DNA of 64,000 nucleotides from positions 61,568,001-61,632,000 of the forward strand of contig NC_045697.1 in the NCBI RefSeq assembly GCF_009834535.1, given 5' to 3'. This DNA comes from Camelus ferus. Lineage: Eukaryota. The notes under the pieces were generated by a model. The model made no database searches, was not told the origin of the DNA, and saw nothing but the letters and a program-made list of their open reading frames with translations. Made by a program: the position numbers and the translations under genes. Shown here piece after piece: positions 23,236-37,450 of this stretch (position 1 is its first letter; each line of letters opens with the position of its first letter).

Positions 23236-25509
23236 TCAATGAAATGTTAAGCAAACATTAAGAAGCAATTTAAAAATATTATACAGCATTATCATGATTA
23301 TTACAAAGCATGTTGAAAGAAGAAAACTTTGTAATCTACACTGTAATTACACCCAAGTTAAGCTTGTATGTGCTTATATATAAGGAAATTAATTTAAATT
23401 AATTGTTGTGCCAAGGCCATTGCAGCACAGATTCTTACATTTTCATATCAGTTAGTTGGAGATTTTTTCCACATGCACATGCTTCCCAGCCAGCTCTCGT
23501 TAAGACTGTTAATGTTATATTTTCAGATTATAATGCTGCTATAATGTAGATATGCTAGAGGCTAGAAAAGGGAGAATCTGATTCATGTAGACTAACTATC
23601 CAATGAATGTTTCAAGAACTAAGTAAGATATTTGATAAAAGCCCTAAAAATGATGTGTTTGTTAGCATTTGGATGTGTCCAATTTATTTTTCTCTGTATG
23701 TCCCTAATTCCCCCAAATGAAGATGAGAAAGATACCATTTATATATCTAAGAGCTGACACTAAATTAGCAGAACACTAGAAAAACCAGGAAGCTGATCAC
23801 AGATGAAGGAAATGGCACAAAGTGAGTAACTCAGAGGCTCTGCTGTCTGTTTTTCATCCACACCTAAACCTATTCTCAACTAAGCGTTCTGGCCATAGAC
23901 AAAAAGTCCAAAAGAACTTGTAAAACATTTAGCAGTCTATAGAATCCTATAAAATAACTGGATAATGGATTCCACACATTTTTGGTGAAGTCTGAAAGGA
24001 TGAGATATTAACAAATTTGTCCTCAAGTTGCCTCACTGGTCACAATTGTTCCAGATTCAGGAGCATTCTATGTGTTTCATGTCTGAAATGTGCTAAATTA
24101 CTTCTTTCCTTGTTTCATCGTTGCTATTTATTAGCCTCCATTGCACAAACTCTTGTCACCTACCTGCATCTCCCATTCGCATTTCTGTGGACTTCCCTGT
24201 ATCTCTTGGCATTGTTTTAATTTGTTTTGAATCTATAAATATCCTGATTATATGCTCCTAGGAGAACTGTAACTTTGTTCCATCATATTTTATGAAGCAC
24301 TTGACATTTTCCAATGTTCTCTTTGTCAATACTTACAAGTGTATTTGCTAATCGCTTTGCATTGTTTTATCCTCTCTTTGTCTTCTACAATCAACTCAGT
24401 TCTTTCATTTATTCTCTGTCCATTTCCCAAGTTCACCTTTTAGCATCTCAGCTCAGTAGTTGAAACTTTTTGGGCAAATTTCCTTAACTATTTAATAATG
24501 TCTTCTGTAAGTTGCACAAAAATCTATTTCAGACAATCATGCATTTTTCCTAAATTTCTGTCATTTTGTTCTGTCCTATTATTCTTATTTTTTGACTGAT
24601 TTTCCATGTTATTATTTTCACTATTATTATGGATATTTGCCATTCTTTTCAAAGGAATTTGAACATTCTAATATTCTTTTCTCCATTCCCTTTCTTTCTA
24701 TTTGCCAATAACTTACTGAAATATCCATCTTAGTGTTTTGAAAAACTGATTATGTTAAGGATAATAAAAATTTATATTAGTCAACTTAAATGTTAAAGAT
24801 ATGCCAAACAGGGATCTCAAGAAGAGCAGAATGCTTGGGGAAGGGGAAAACATTTTCAGAAGTTTGAGAAGCTAATCTTAATTCTTTTGAGATTTTCACT
24901 TGATTAATCATTTCTAAATCATATATGTACTTTTTATTTGAACATTATTTACATGCATCCCAGTCAGATCTCCTTATTAAGACATATTTTCTTGTCATTC
25001 ATTCTTATAAATGCAACTAGAATGCAGATTCAAAACTCAGTTTTCTTCTCTATACCATGTAACTTACTCCTATGAATTGCTCTTTTTCATATCAACGTCT
25101 TTACTTTTTACTTTCTGTAATTTTGGCATAGACACAAACTCTTATCTTCTATTCCTTCAAGCTAGAAAAATACAAATGCATATTTCAATACATAGTTTCT
25201 CATCCTTCAAAGTTATACACACAGGCCTCATAAATTCTTTAAAATCCTAAAACCTGAGTGTGTGTATGTATATGTGTGTGTCTGTGTGTGTTTAATAGCC
25301 ATAGCTTCAAATCAAATCTCTTTATGACTAAGTTTTTAATCACTGAGAGTAGAAGAGAGTTGCCTAAGGAACTCAATCCTATGAAGCATACTATCAGAGA
25401 AGCATACTATTAAAATTTACCATTCTAATAGTGGCACATACAGAAAAATTGAGAATAATGCAGGTTAAATTATTCCCACTTTTAAATTTGAATTGACTAG
25501 ATAGAAGGG

Positions 25510-25710
25510 GGTTCAAAGCCCTGCCCTGGCACTGGCTGTGGGAGCAACTGATCCTTTTGGACCCTCTGAGGACCTTCAGTTGCCCCGGCTCTAGAATGAG
25601 GTCTATAATGTGGACCTGTCTGTAAGTTTGTTTAAGGAAGAAGAAGTATGAGATGTCTTAGGCATCTTAGCACAATGTGCAGTATAGCATTATTAACAAT
25701 AAATGCTAGC
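25510..25710 (+). mobile_element. MIR SINE
   Basis: 'gggttcaaagccctgccctggcact...cttagcacaatgtgcagtatagc...caataaatgctagct'. Confidence 0.55.
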
Positions 25711-28364
25711 TCTCTTTTAAAAAATAATTTGAATTGAAAGTGCAACAAAGTTCAATGACAGCTCTCATAAAAAGAAGTAATAAATCTCATCCTACCGAAG
25801 TAGAGACTTCTACCTGAGACATTTGGCATTCAGGAGATGATAAATCTTGATGCCTTCACAAATGTGAAAATGTGGCTACAGGATCTTAGCTTTTTTCAAA
25901 CTGTATTTCCAAGCAAAAGCATATTTTTTCCATACATACATTTCAACTTAACTACCTTTTAACTTGTACAAAATTTATTTTTTAGCTACTTTTTTCATAA
26001 AGTACAAAGCACTTGTGACCTGAAATCACTTATCTCAGGAGTGACAATGAGTTGAAGCCCAAAGATGACCTGAAACCCAGCTGGCCAAGTGCCTTTCTCA
26101 GTGACAGGCTCCAGTATAACATCACATAGAATTCAAGTTTGTGCTTTGTCGAAATAATAAATTTTAGCGTGACACAAACATTTATGGTTATAGGAAATTG
26201 GCTGAAACCTCAAATGTTAAATTGACAAGTAGGAAAGGTCAATTTGAAATAGTGATTCAGACTTCTCTAATATGTGTGCTGTATGCTGTCATTACATAAC
26301 AAATCAAATTGCTGGGGCAGTATTTAGGACCTAAGAACTAAATTGTTTTCCCAATTAAAATGAGAATTGGAAAATGTTCGGAAAAAGGAAAATCTCTATT
26401 TTATCTTCTTTCCTGGTTCCCAAGACCATCATAAATTATTTCCTAGGACTGTACAGTATAAAACTCGAAAAACTTTAAGGAACAAATCTGAAAACTCATC
26501 TTCCCCAACTTCCAAACTAACCTATTGATTCTCAATTTTTAGGAAAGAAAATTGAGACATGAAGATTTTTAGAAATTAATCCAATTTGACACAAAAAGAT
26601 GAGCCATCAGATTTTGTGAATCTTGTTTAACAAAGAAAATCATTTTTCCCCAAACCAACTATATAATATGTGATCTGCATGTAGCTTCATCCAGGATTGG
26701 CTATGACTAATGCCACTCCATCACAGTAAACACTGCTCTAAGCTGCCTTGTCTGTCATTGTTAACACTTCAATCAAACACTTTGAAGACTGCTGTAGGAA
26801 AAACACTTATTGAGTTCCTGGTTCACACAAATACTGTTGGGACCTAGAAAATGGTTTCACAGTTAAATATAGCATTTCAAAGAGGAAAAAAAGCATTCAT
26901 GAGAAATAAAAGCTCTCTCCCATCCCACCTCCATCTCTTTGTGCATCAATTCTGTGAAGTTTGGCTAAGGAAGTCCTGGTATTCTTGTATAATGGCTCTA
27001 AGTAAAGTTCTCCTACACTTTCTTCCAAAACTTGGCTTCTTAAATGAAGCATTATATAATACAGGAGTAATGGAGGCTTTTGAAAGTAATTTGGGATTTA
27101 GGTTAAGAAACAGCAAAATTAAGATTTGAAAATTACATACTCCTCATATACATTTTAAGCTTCAATTTTCTGGTCATGAATCTTTATTCTGCTTTTAAAA
27201 GAAAAGCACATGTTGAGGAGAGATACATGTAAGAGGAAAATTGAGTTTTATGTGGCCTCCTACTACAGTTTGAAATGTAGTCCCTAGAGCAGCATTCACT
27301 GCATAAAATAATTGCACACAAGTGCTATTATATTAATTTCAGCCAAGATTACCACCTATTCTTACATCCCATTTTATTTGAATAAAGGATGAATTAAAGT
27401 TCCTGGCCCCTATATTTTGGTTGGAAAAAGAATGGTGAAAGTTTGAGTGACTGCTGTATGAAATAATTCAACTCCCCAAGTTACTAATGTATCATCATTA
27501 AGAAGTGGTTTATGTATGAAACAAAATCAGATTTGCTGTCTTGTTATTGAAGAGTTTGGTTATTCCCAAACCCATGTGAAAATCTAAAGCACTGGAGAAT
27601 TCCTCAAAAGTGTGGATTTCATAGCTCTAACCCAAACATATTAAGAATATACAGGAATGAGGTAATATCATTTATGTTATCCTGTAATGCTCCTCTAAAT
27701 ATTTCTGATGTTCAGAACCACTTGACTAGAAGTTATTTATCAGATATAAATGTGAAGAACTAATACCTGTGGGTTTTCCATAGTAATAGGCATCAAGTGT
27801 TAATATATTATGTTTAGTCATCCTACTATGAACAAATAATTTGATATGCTTAAATGAAAACCATTTTATTTCTTATTTGTGATTCATGCTTGCATTAAAA
27901 TCATATTAAGGTAAATTTTACATAGATCTAATCTAATAGTAAACTGTGGTCTCTAAAATGGGAGATGCAAAGCATAGGTTTAATGTTTATAAGAACATAT
28001 GTTGTGAACAATAAGAATCCTAATTAAAATTGAAAATATTACTCCAAGCTAGTGTCTTTCGGAGCACTAATTTTTATTTTAATCAAATGCATCAATTTTT
28101 TATAGCTCTGCAGAGAAGAGTATTATGTGTTATATATGTGTATGTTTTTATAGCATTTCATGGAGTCTAAATGGCCTCTGAAATAGATATTGTGCTATTA
28201 TCTCCTGTATCAATTTTCAGAATATTTGAGAAGAAAGGGGTGCTTTCTTTACAAATCTTAACTGTTCTGTCTAAGTTTTTCTTGGGATTTATTGAGTGTA
28301 CTACTTGCAGGACTGTATCTTTGTGCTCTAGGCCCTGTGCAAAACAAACATAGTGATGTATGTG

Positions 28365-28640
28365 TTGTTATTCATCTGTGTATCTAAGAACATACATGGA
28401 GCACAGTCAAGAACTATACTTTGTGCTGAAGATATGGTGGTTAAAAAGTCAGAGACAATCCCTGCCCTAACAGAGTTTACCACCTCATAAGGAAGACATA
28501 CATTAAACAGGGAACTGAGAGTGAAATAAATTCCACCAAGTGTGAGCAGGGAAGTTATCACTGCATAATTGATGTCAATGCAGGAACCCAAAGGATAAAT
28601 AGGAGTTATCTACTTATCTGGACAAAGAGAGTTCAAGGCA
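28365..28640 (-). mobile_element. L2 3' fragment
   Basis: 'gtgctgaagatatggtggttaaaaagtcagagacaatccctgccctaacagagtttac'. Confidence 0.65.
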
Positions 28641-29861
28641 AAAAAAAAAAGCAGATATGGTTAGAAAAAGGTCAAGCCTGCTACTGTGTTGAATTGCTCT
28701 TAAATAGTAGGTGATGACATAAGTGACGGTGGGCTCTGAAGGCAGACAGCTGTAGTTCTAAATCTAATTCTGCCACCACTACTGAGCCATGTCTGCCAGC
28801 AGATTAATTAATCTCTCTAAAAATTTCCCTATGTGTTAAATGAAGTTTGTAATAAAGTTGTAGTGAAGATGAAAGGAACAAATAACAGCTAAAAAATTAC
28901 AAAAAAAAATTTAATACTTGCTTAACATAATGATATATAACCTTATCTTATTGAATATCTAAATTCCTAGCTCAAGAATTGGGTTCTAACTCCACGGGTC
29001 TGTTACACAGCATGGCATTGTAAGGAACTACGGATGGACTCCTGCAGAAAAGCTTTATAAACTCATTATTGCTATTCAGGATTTGGCAGAGGAGAAAATT
29101 AGATAGGGAAACTGAAAATACCAGAATCTTTGTTTCCATGTTCAAAAATATTGGAGAGTATTTATTGGAATAAGAAAGGCTTCCTTTGAATTTTAGATGT
29201 TGGAAAAGAAAAGGCTGCTTGTGAATTTTAGAAAGTAAAGATAGATTTAAATGTAGAAGGTAGCAGCACAGGCAGCAGGACAGCAAATGAAATTAACTTG
29301 GATAAATGACTCAGAGGGTGTTGGCAAAAATTACCTTAATTGTTCTTATGCACAGGTTATCACTGGGATAAATATTGAAATTAGATTTGAAAGTGATTGG
29401 ATTATTTTATGAGCCTCAAAAGTACTTACAGGTAACTAGCACAAGCAATAATTTTTTAATCAAATCTCATGATGCAGGAAGTAAACTGATCATTCAGAGG
29501 TCAGAATGACATTTATGGGGGTGAGAAATTTCTGTCTCTGAAACTGGCTGAACGGACACTGCCAGAGGTAGAACTTGAGTAGAAGGATTTATTACCCAAT
29601 ACAGTACACAGTTCTCATATCACTAATTAATCATTAGGGGAAAATAGAAGAACCTGTCTGATACAAGCTCAAGTTCCTTAAATTAATAGTTTTCAGGACA
29701 ATCAGATGTAGTTTAATGGATAGAGCATAAGATTTAACACCCCCAGAATTTAAAAAATAGATAAATGGGTTCTCATCTATTCTTCTACTACTCATATATT
29801 TATCTGAAGATATTTATTGGATATCTACTAGGGGCCATAGATTGTATTAGATACTATGATT

Positions 29862-30312
29862 TGTTATGGGTTGAACTGTGTTCCCGTCAAAATTCATTTG
29901 TTAAAGTCCTAACCCTCAGTACCTCAGAATGTAACTTTATTTGGAAATAGTTATTATAGAAGCAATTATTTATGATGAAGTCATTCTGGAGTAGAGTGGG
30001 CCCCTAATTCAATATAACTGGTATCCTTATAAAAAGGAGAAATTTGGACACACACAAATGGAGAACACTTTGTAAAACTGAAAGCAGAGACTGGGGCAAT
30101 GCTTATACAAGCCAATAACACCAAAGAGTTCCAGCTAACCACCACGGAAGAGGAGAGGCGTGGAACAGATTCTCCTTCACAGCCCTCAGAAGGAGCCAAC
30201 CCTGTTAACACTTTGATCTCAGACTTGTGATCTCCAGAACTGTGATACAATACATTTCTGTTATTTAAGCAACCCAGTTTGTGGTACTTTGTTACCTGAG
30301 CAAACTAATGCA
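29862..30312 (+). mobile_element. MaLR solo LTR, MLT1C/B-like
   Basis: 'tgttatgggttgaactgtgttccc...acagattctccttcacagccctcagaaggagccaaccctg...caaactaatgca'. Confidence 0.9.
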
Positions 30313-30524
30313 GGACTGGAGCAGAGAATCCCCCACCCTCATGTTGCCTATATTCCAGTGACTAGCAGTAAATCAGCACACTTTTCTGTGTCTCTCAACC
30401 TCAAATGAGGAAGTTTTAGTTTAATCAAAAAAAATGTGTAGATTTGTGGCTAAAAGAATAAAACAAAAATATGCCAATCCAAAAGAATCCATTTATTAGT
30501 CAAAAACATAATTAATCTGGGCTT

Positions 30525-31004
30525 TATGCTGCATTTTCTCTATCTAATCTTCCAGATGAATGAAGTCCCCACCCTTTTCTGTGCCTTGGTTGCTGAACTT
30601 TGCAGACTGCATCAGTCAGTATCCTTTCCCCTTTGTTTTCCAGTTGCGTTCAACCAATATGAGGCACTGGAACGCGAGCAGGAATCAAGAGAGAGCCCAG
30701 TAGCTTCTCACTATTGGCCTGCAGTGTTAATAATGGCTAGAATCCTCTCCACTTGGTCATCAGTCTACTGTCTCCTCTCAATAAGTTCCCCAAACATTGC
30801 TCCCTACTTTTCCCCTTAAAACTAGGCTTGATAACAGCTAGTTCTTGGTAACTGTTCCATAATAATTGTTGCTAATTCCAGGGGGCTTTATCCTTTCTTG
30901 TTGTTGCCCTTAACCCTGACCTCACTTTGTAAATAATGTCAACTTTATACTTTGCTAATGAAGTCCTTGAATATGTCAACAATTTCTTTCCAGAGCCTGA
31001 TACA
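30525..31004 (+). mobile_element. ERVL LTR (LTR33-like), 5' LTR of a deleted provirus
   Basis: 'cccttaaccctgacctcactttgtaaataat...tttccagagcctgataca'. Confidence 0.6.
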
Positions 31005-33340
31005 AGAATTTTCCAGGAATATGCCAGGAAATAAACTCTAAAATCTGAATTTCAGGTTTGATGTCTCACATATTTGATGAGCACACAGATAATCTCTCTG
31101 CTAGGGGGCATCAGGACACTGGCACTTCATGGTTGCAGTGGCAACAAGGTTACTCAAATTGTCACAGGTGGCAAGAGATGGAGTGCAATGCAAAGAGGCT
31201 TTGGGAGATCAATTTTCTGTGTCATTTAGCTGTTATGTTGACATAGTTGATGTAAAAAATTGGAATATGTTTGCCATTTCTGACTGACAGACAAACACAC
31301 ACACAAATTAACTCAAAGTCTGAAATTCTTTTTTAAAGTACAGAAAACCACTATGAAGCTTTTCTCACATACCTGGAGTGCAGAATGACTGTGGATCAGA
31401 ACCAAAGCCTGATTGTAAGGGCTATAGAGATGCAGTGCCAGTTATATGTACAATTACTTCAGATCTCTCGTGCTAACTTTAAAGACACTAGTTAGAAAGA
31501 AGTAAAACCCTGAAAATTGGGGTGAGGATTTTGGGTCAGTATATCTGGGTCAGTATATCTCCACTTTCTGTGGAGAGCTGGAAGGAAAGGTGGATGACCT
31601 GATGTAAAATCTACATTAATCCATAGTCAGCAGATAAAAGGTTAGTTGTTGGACATGTTTTGGGAAAAAAAAAAAAACAAGATTGGAAAACAAGTGACAA
31701 GGGAATCTAGAAGACAGGATTGTGACTAAACATTTCAGAATGAGCACAGAGTGTGAAAATATTCATGGGCCACATAAATTCTCTCCAGTGAAGTGAAGGC
31801 ACTCACCAATCAAGTGAAAAAAAATTACCTATTGTGCAGATATAAGTCAGCTTCTATCCTTGGCCGCTAAATTGCTTGTTTAATGGGCCCATTTACAAAG
31901 TGGCCATAGTGGCAGGGATGGAGGCTATGTGCAGGCTCAATAGCATAGACAACATAGACTTCCCTTCAGTAAGACTGATCTGGTCACAAGGAATGCTGAG
32001 TATCCAAGATGCCAACAGCAGAAGCAAATGCTAGGCCCCCAATATGACCATTTCCAGTGGAGCTATCTATTTAACAGATGAAAGCTGAGTCCTTTAGAAC
32101 CATTTTATCACAAAGGCTGTTCTCATGGGAATATACTCAGATTCCAAAAATAGATTTTCTTTTGTCTGCAAAACTCTACCGATATTGCTATGCAAGGACC
32201 AACTAAATGCCTTATTCATCACTTTAGTATCCTAAAAAAAAAAATCACTTTTGCTGAGGGGACATATTTTACAGTGAAAGAAATATAGCAATGTGCCCCT
32301 CTGAACATGTTCTCTAGTCTTATCACATTCCCCAGAGATAAACTGGTGGATAAAGTGATGAATTAGTCACCAAAGGCTCAAGAAAGGCACTTGGTAAGTG
32401 AAGAAACCCTATTTGTTTGTAATGCTCTTTACATGATGTGGAATGTGCTTTAAGCTAGTAGACAATAAACAGTTCCATCTCCTCTGTAGATAGAATGCTT
32501 GGGTCTGGGAAACTGGAGTAGATGTGGGAATAGATCTTCTTACTATTACACCCAATAGTGCACTAGAAGCAACCTCAGTGGGATTGGAAAAGTGATGCTT
32601 CCACCAGGAAAGTATACAGTCATGATTCCACTGAAATAGAAACTGAGACTGACCTCAGGCTATATTGGGCTCCTCATTTTGATGAACTAACTGGCAAAGA
32701 AAGAGGCCTGAGTACTGGTTTGATTAACTAATTCAATTACCAAGGAGATATTTGATTGCTTTCAGCTAGTGGGACAAAGAGAATTTTGAAATCCAGGCAA
32801 CTCGCTGTGGCATCTGTTAATACAGCCATTCTTTCACTAATTGCCAATGGGAAATTGGGGCAATATAATCTAGTTAGGGCCACTAGAGACTTGGGTTCTA
32901 TAGGAGTGAAGATTTGGGTCATGCCAACAAGAAAAAACCACCAACTGATGTTGGCTGGAAATAAAGGGAACATAAAACTAGTGATCAAAGAATGAAGCTA
33001 TAATTCCAACAAGCCTTATAACCTAAGCATTATAATTTGTTACAGAAGTGGACACTATCATCAGCTATGTTTTATATTAATCATTATGTTTCTCCTTTCC
33101 ATTCATTCCTGATATTGACACTCTATACAAAGGGCACTGATGCTCTTCAGTAACATTACCAATTAAAGTTCCTGATGAAATTCTTGCTACGTTGACATAT
33201 TCCAAAGGTGATAATGTAATTAATAAGACTTTATGTTTCCTCTATGTTTGAGGATCCTTTTTTCCCTTGCATCTCAGATTTGTGTATCTAAATGAAGAAT
33301 GGGAATGATTGCTAATTGGGGGGGGGTGGGGAGGATGAAC
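31005..33340 (+). mobile_element. ERVL internal region, internally deleted
   Basis: Degraded gag and pol-like segments ('caaagtggccatagtggcagggatggaggctatg'), then a purine-rich PPT 'ggggggggtggggaggatgaac' just before TGTG. Confidence 0.7.
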
Positions 33341-33828
33341 TGTGCTGAATAGTCTGCATTTGCTTTTACACTTCTGGATCTATTATTTGCCCTGATCTTT
33401 AGCTCAGAACCATATCACTTGGTAGCTCATCTTCTGGCACCTTGTTGGTTTCAATTAATAGGAGGTACTACCAGGAGAAAAGGAGTAAGAGGACAAAGTT
33501 ATTAGGTACTGATTCCTTCCACATATCAGCTCCTCTCAACCCATGATTTTGACAGTGGCTGTGTTCCCCTATGTGTGTCTACTACTATTGGGCAGCCCAT
33601 CTCCCACAGCCACAGCCATTACTGGGCTCTGATGGGTATCACTTGCTATCCTTATCCCAGAAGGCTTCGGAGTAGTCATGGCTTTCCATTGTTGAGGGTC
33701 ACCGAATGCTTCACCATCGCTTTTTGCTTCTCTTAATTCTGCCTATGTCTCCATAATTAGTCCTTTCCTTTAATTCACATCAGTTAACACTTTGTGCCTT
33801 CTGTATTCTACTAGCATTCTGACCAAAT
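33341..33828 (+). mobile_element. ERVL LTR (LTR33-like), 3' LTR
   Basis: Starts tgtg right after the PPT; 'ttttgacagtggctgtgttccc' and 'tctcttaattctgcctatgtctccataattagtcctttc'. Confidence 0.6.
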
Positions 33829-33969
33829 TTATGGTTGATAAATGTCTTTTGTGATCCCCTAATGCAGATTAAAATTTACTTGTCCAGGAATAGAAACTTT
33901 TTTTTAAGGTGCTATATAATAGATTTATTTAATATTTGAATTATCTTCTGTTTTTTTTTCAATTTAGAG

Positions 33970-34066
33970 AGTCATTTTTCCCTTTTTTAGTTTTATTATG
34001 TAGAATTATTACAGTTTGACTGCACATACACATTATATTGCATGTAAATACATATTTACAGTAAAC
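33970..34066 (-). repeat. Short poly(A)-tailed retroelement 3' end, family unidentified (copy 2)
   Basis: Matches 7232-7296 at 61 of 65 bases; possible degenerate TSD 'tatcttctgtttttttttcaatttaga' / 'tatctctttttttttaaatctaga'. Confidence 0.6.
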
Positions 34067-35949
34067 TATCTCTTTTTTTTTAAATCTAGATTCCACCAGA
34101 CACTACTGTGAAATATGTTTGTTTGACCAGCAGTGATGGGAGAGCTAAAAGATTTGGAAGGAGAAGATATATTCCCTGAGAACAGAAGATTTAAGGGTAG
34201 CAATATTCTCAGTATTATGCTCTAGTTGCTATATTCAAACCAAACTAATTGCATTAAAAATCTTCCTGCAATATGCTGAAGTAGGATGAACTGGTGAAAA
34301 TGACATAATTACAAAGTTAACAAAATCTGGTACACTGAAATAAATAACAAGGAATTGTCTCATTTATATCTTTAAAAACCTATCAGACTTTTTAAACCAA
34401 GGTAACAGCTATCAGCTAGTTAGTTGGCTAGCTGATATATTTTGTTGTTGTTGTTGTTGTTTATTACTATGCTATTTTAGAACAGTGGTAATGACCTATT
34501 TTATGAAGACTAAGCTATTGTTGAGTTTTGTCCTTTAAGTACCTATGCAACTTATTCAAAATACTAACTGAAATCCTGTCTGTTTTTTTTTTTCTTTTAC
34601 TTTCTTTGGAAAGAAGAATGTGAAAAAGAAACCTTCAGAATATTATATAGAATCAATGACCACCACATGTCAACTCTTATTGGCCTTTGCCATTGCCTTT
34701 GCCATCTACTCAATGTTTTTATTGATAAACAAGAGTTTTATGATTCACATTTAGCCTCCCTCCCAGTTTTGCTCTTTGGAGGCTAAATGCAATACTGTTG
34801 AAACATACTCTGTGAATTTAATAAGAAAATGATCGATTTTAATGCTACCTCAGGAGGAAAAAGTGTAATGTTCAACACTATAGTAAAAAATAGGAGGCAG
34901 ATTTTGGTAGCTGTTCATTGAAATTGAGAAAGGCTCCTATTTCTTCCTATATTCCAGAACAAGTCACTATAGCAAACTTGTCGGCTTTAGCCAACTTGTG
35001 TTTTTATGTATCAGCAAAGATGTGCTTCAAAGAAAACTCCCTTTTGAAATGTATGATAAAAGACTACTCAAAGCAAACTGAATCCATCATCAAATAACGT
35101 GTATTTTCTTTTTTTAAAAATGGGAAAAGAAAACACAGCTCTTACTTGCAATACATTTTTAATAGTATTTTGAGTAGCTTTATTATTATTTTTTCTGTGA
35201 GAGTACATCAGATTCAGACATGCTCTAAAAGAAAAATCTTCTGTCTAAATAATACGTAGTTAATAATTTATTTTAAATGGAATATTGGAACATTAAAGTC
35301 AGTCAGTATGTATCAAGAGGTCTTTCTTAAAAAAATTCCTAAGAATCAAAACCCATAGATATTATTTTTTAGTGTTTCTATGGCCAGGAATTACTCATAA
35401 TGCAAATTTTAGTTTCTACTGTGGACCATAGACCCTACCCCCAAATTCCATTCCCCATTCCTCAATCTACCCATTCCTACCTTTACCTGTTTTGTTCACC
35501 CCTCTTAGATTCTGGTTCTATTCAGTCCAAACCAATAGCATATGCATATGCATGTCATATGCAGTATCTGAACTGATAAGTGGGTCATCCCAGCACTAAC
35601 TAGTGCTGAAAACAAAGCAGCATGTCCTCAAACATGAATGCATGAATGGATAAACAAATAACACATTATAGATTGAACTAGAAATTCAAATCCTATAAAA
35701 ATGAATATTGATAAATTAACACTTGAAACCAATGTAGAAAAATACCTTTTGATTCTGAATTTGTGATTATGTATAGAAAATTAAGTAGGGCTTGACAGCA
35801 AACAACTCATGCATTTAAGAGAAAGAATAATTTTACTACCCAATGGTTCCAAAATTATAAATGTTTGTCTTATTTCATTGAAGAATATAAAATCACAAAT
35901 ACTGCAACTGATACCAAATATGAACAAAATTATAATAAAATTGTGTTCA

Positions 35950-37230
35950 CAAAGAAAGTAATGGAACAGAATATAAAATCCAGAAATAGACCTACACATA
36001 CATGTTCACCTGATTTACAACAAAATACTACTGCAATTCAGACTGAAAGAGCAGTCTTTTGAATAATTGTGCTGGTCCAGTAAATAGCCACAAAGGAAAA
36101 AATAAAACTGACCCTTACCTCACACCATATGCAAAAGTAATTTGAGACAGATCATAATCCTAAATGAGAAAAATAAAACAAAAAGCTTCTAGATGAAAAG
36201 ATTAAAAAAAAAATCTTTTTGACCATAGATAGGCATAATTTCTTGAACAGGCTGCAAAACCACTAACTATAAAAGAAAAAATGTTGAATTAAAAAATTCT
36301 GTCATCAAAAATACAACAAGAGAATGAAATGGCAAGCTACAGACTGAGAAAAGATATTCCCACTATTTAGGTACAGCAAAAGACTTAAACTCAGAATCCT
36401 ACAATCTAATTTTTTAAGTGACCAAAACTTGAAAGGAAACATCACTCAGAATGAAAGGTAAATGGAAAATAAGCATATGAGAAGATATTCAGCATCATTA
36501 GTCATCACAGAAATGTAAACTGAAATCACAATGAGACATAACATCCCCACAGGAATGGCTATATTTTCACATAACATCCCCACAGGAATGGCTATATTTT
36601 CACATAGAAATATATTTTTAATTTTATTCACAATACCAGCACTGACTGATATCAAGGAATACTAATACATTTCTGATGGGGCTGTAAATTGGTACATATA
36701 CTTTGGAAACCAGTTTGACAGTACCTGTTATAATCACACACATATAAACACACATCCTATAACTGCAGATTTAAATATAGCTCAAGAAGAAATGAGTGCT
36801 TTTGACAGTGGAATGACATATACAAAACTTATGAATGTTCATGGCAGTGTTATGTACAAAAATCAAAAGCTGGAAACAATCCAAATGCCCAACAATAGTA
36901 GAATGAACAAATGAAAACTGTCAAAGCAATGGGAAAAAAATGAACTGTTGCTACAGACAAAAGCAAGGATATATCTCACACCTGTAAGATTGAACTAAAG
37001 AAGCCGGAAACAAACACATATATTATGTTTAATTAATGTGAAGTTCAAAGTAAGAAAAGCTAATCTATGATGCTAGAGATTAAAATCACAGTTATCCTAT
37101 AGTGTATACCAACTGAGAGCAAGCATGAAGGTACATACCGGGTGGTGCAAATATATACTTTGATCTGAGTGGTGGTTTACTTGAATGTATATACGTGTAT
37201 AGAAATGCAACTATTTGCAGCTTTACGATG
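35950..37230 (+). mobile_element. Old L1 (L1MC/ME-like) ORF2 3' end and 3' UTR
   Basis: 'aatggaacagaatataaaatccagaaatagacctacac', 'ctggaaacaatccaaatgcccaacaatag' and 'aaagctaatctatgatgctagag'. Confidence 0.8.
36536..36606. repeat. Perfect 33-bp tandem duplication
   Basis: acataacatccccacaggaatggctatattttc occurs twice, followed by acata. Confidence 0.95.
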
Positions 37231-37261
37231 TGGCAGATTTGATTAACAGATGATAGACCAG

Positions 37262-37450
37262 AACTGACATTTACTGAGTTCCGATGATATATGTGGGTTA
37301 TTTCATTTAATTCTCACGACCATTTTTAAAGGATATGTTATTATTTCTCCTTTACAGATGATAAACTGGATATTTAAACAGGTTAAATAATATAGCTAAG
37401 TCACATAAGTGGCATTCAAATTCAGATCTCTGGGATTCCAAAATCCATAG
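37262..37450 (-). mobile_element. MIR SINE
   Basis: 'tcatttaattctcacgac...tttacagatgataaactgga...ggttaaataa...ggcattcaaattcagatct'. Confidence 0.75.

Noticed and set aside
34410..34437. 10-bp inverted repeat tatcagctag...ctagctgata
   Set aside because: Too short to distinguish from chance in 64 kb
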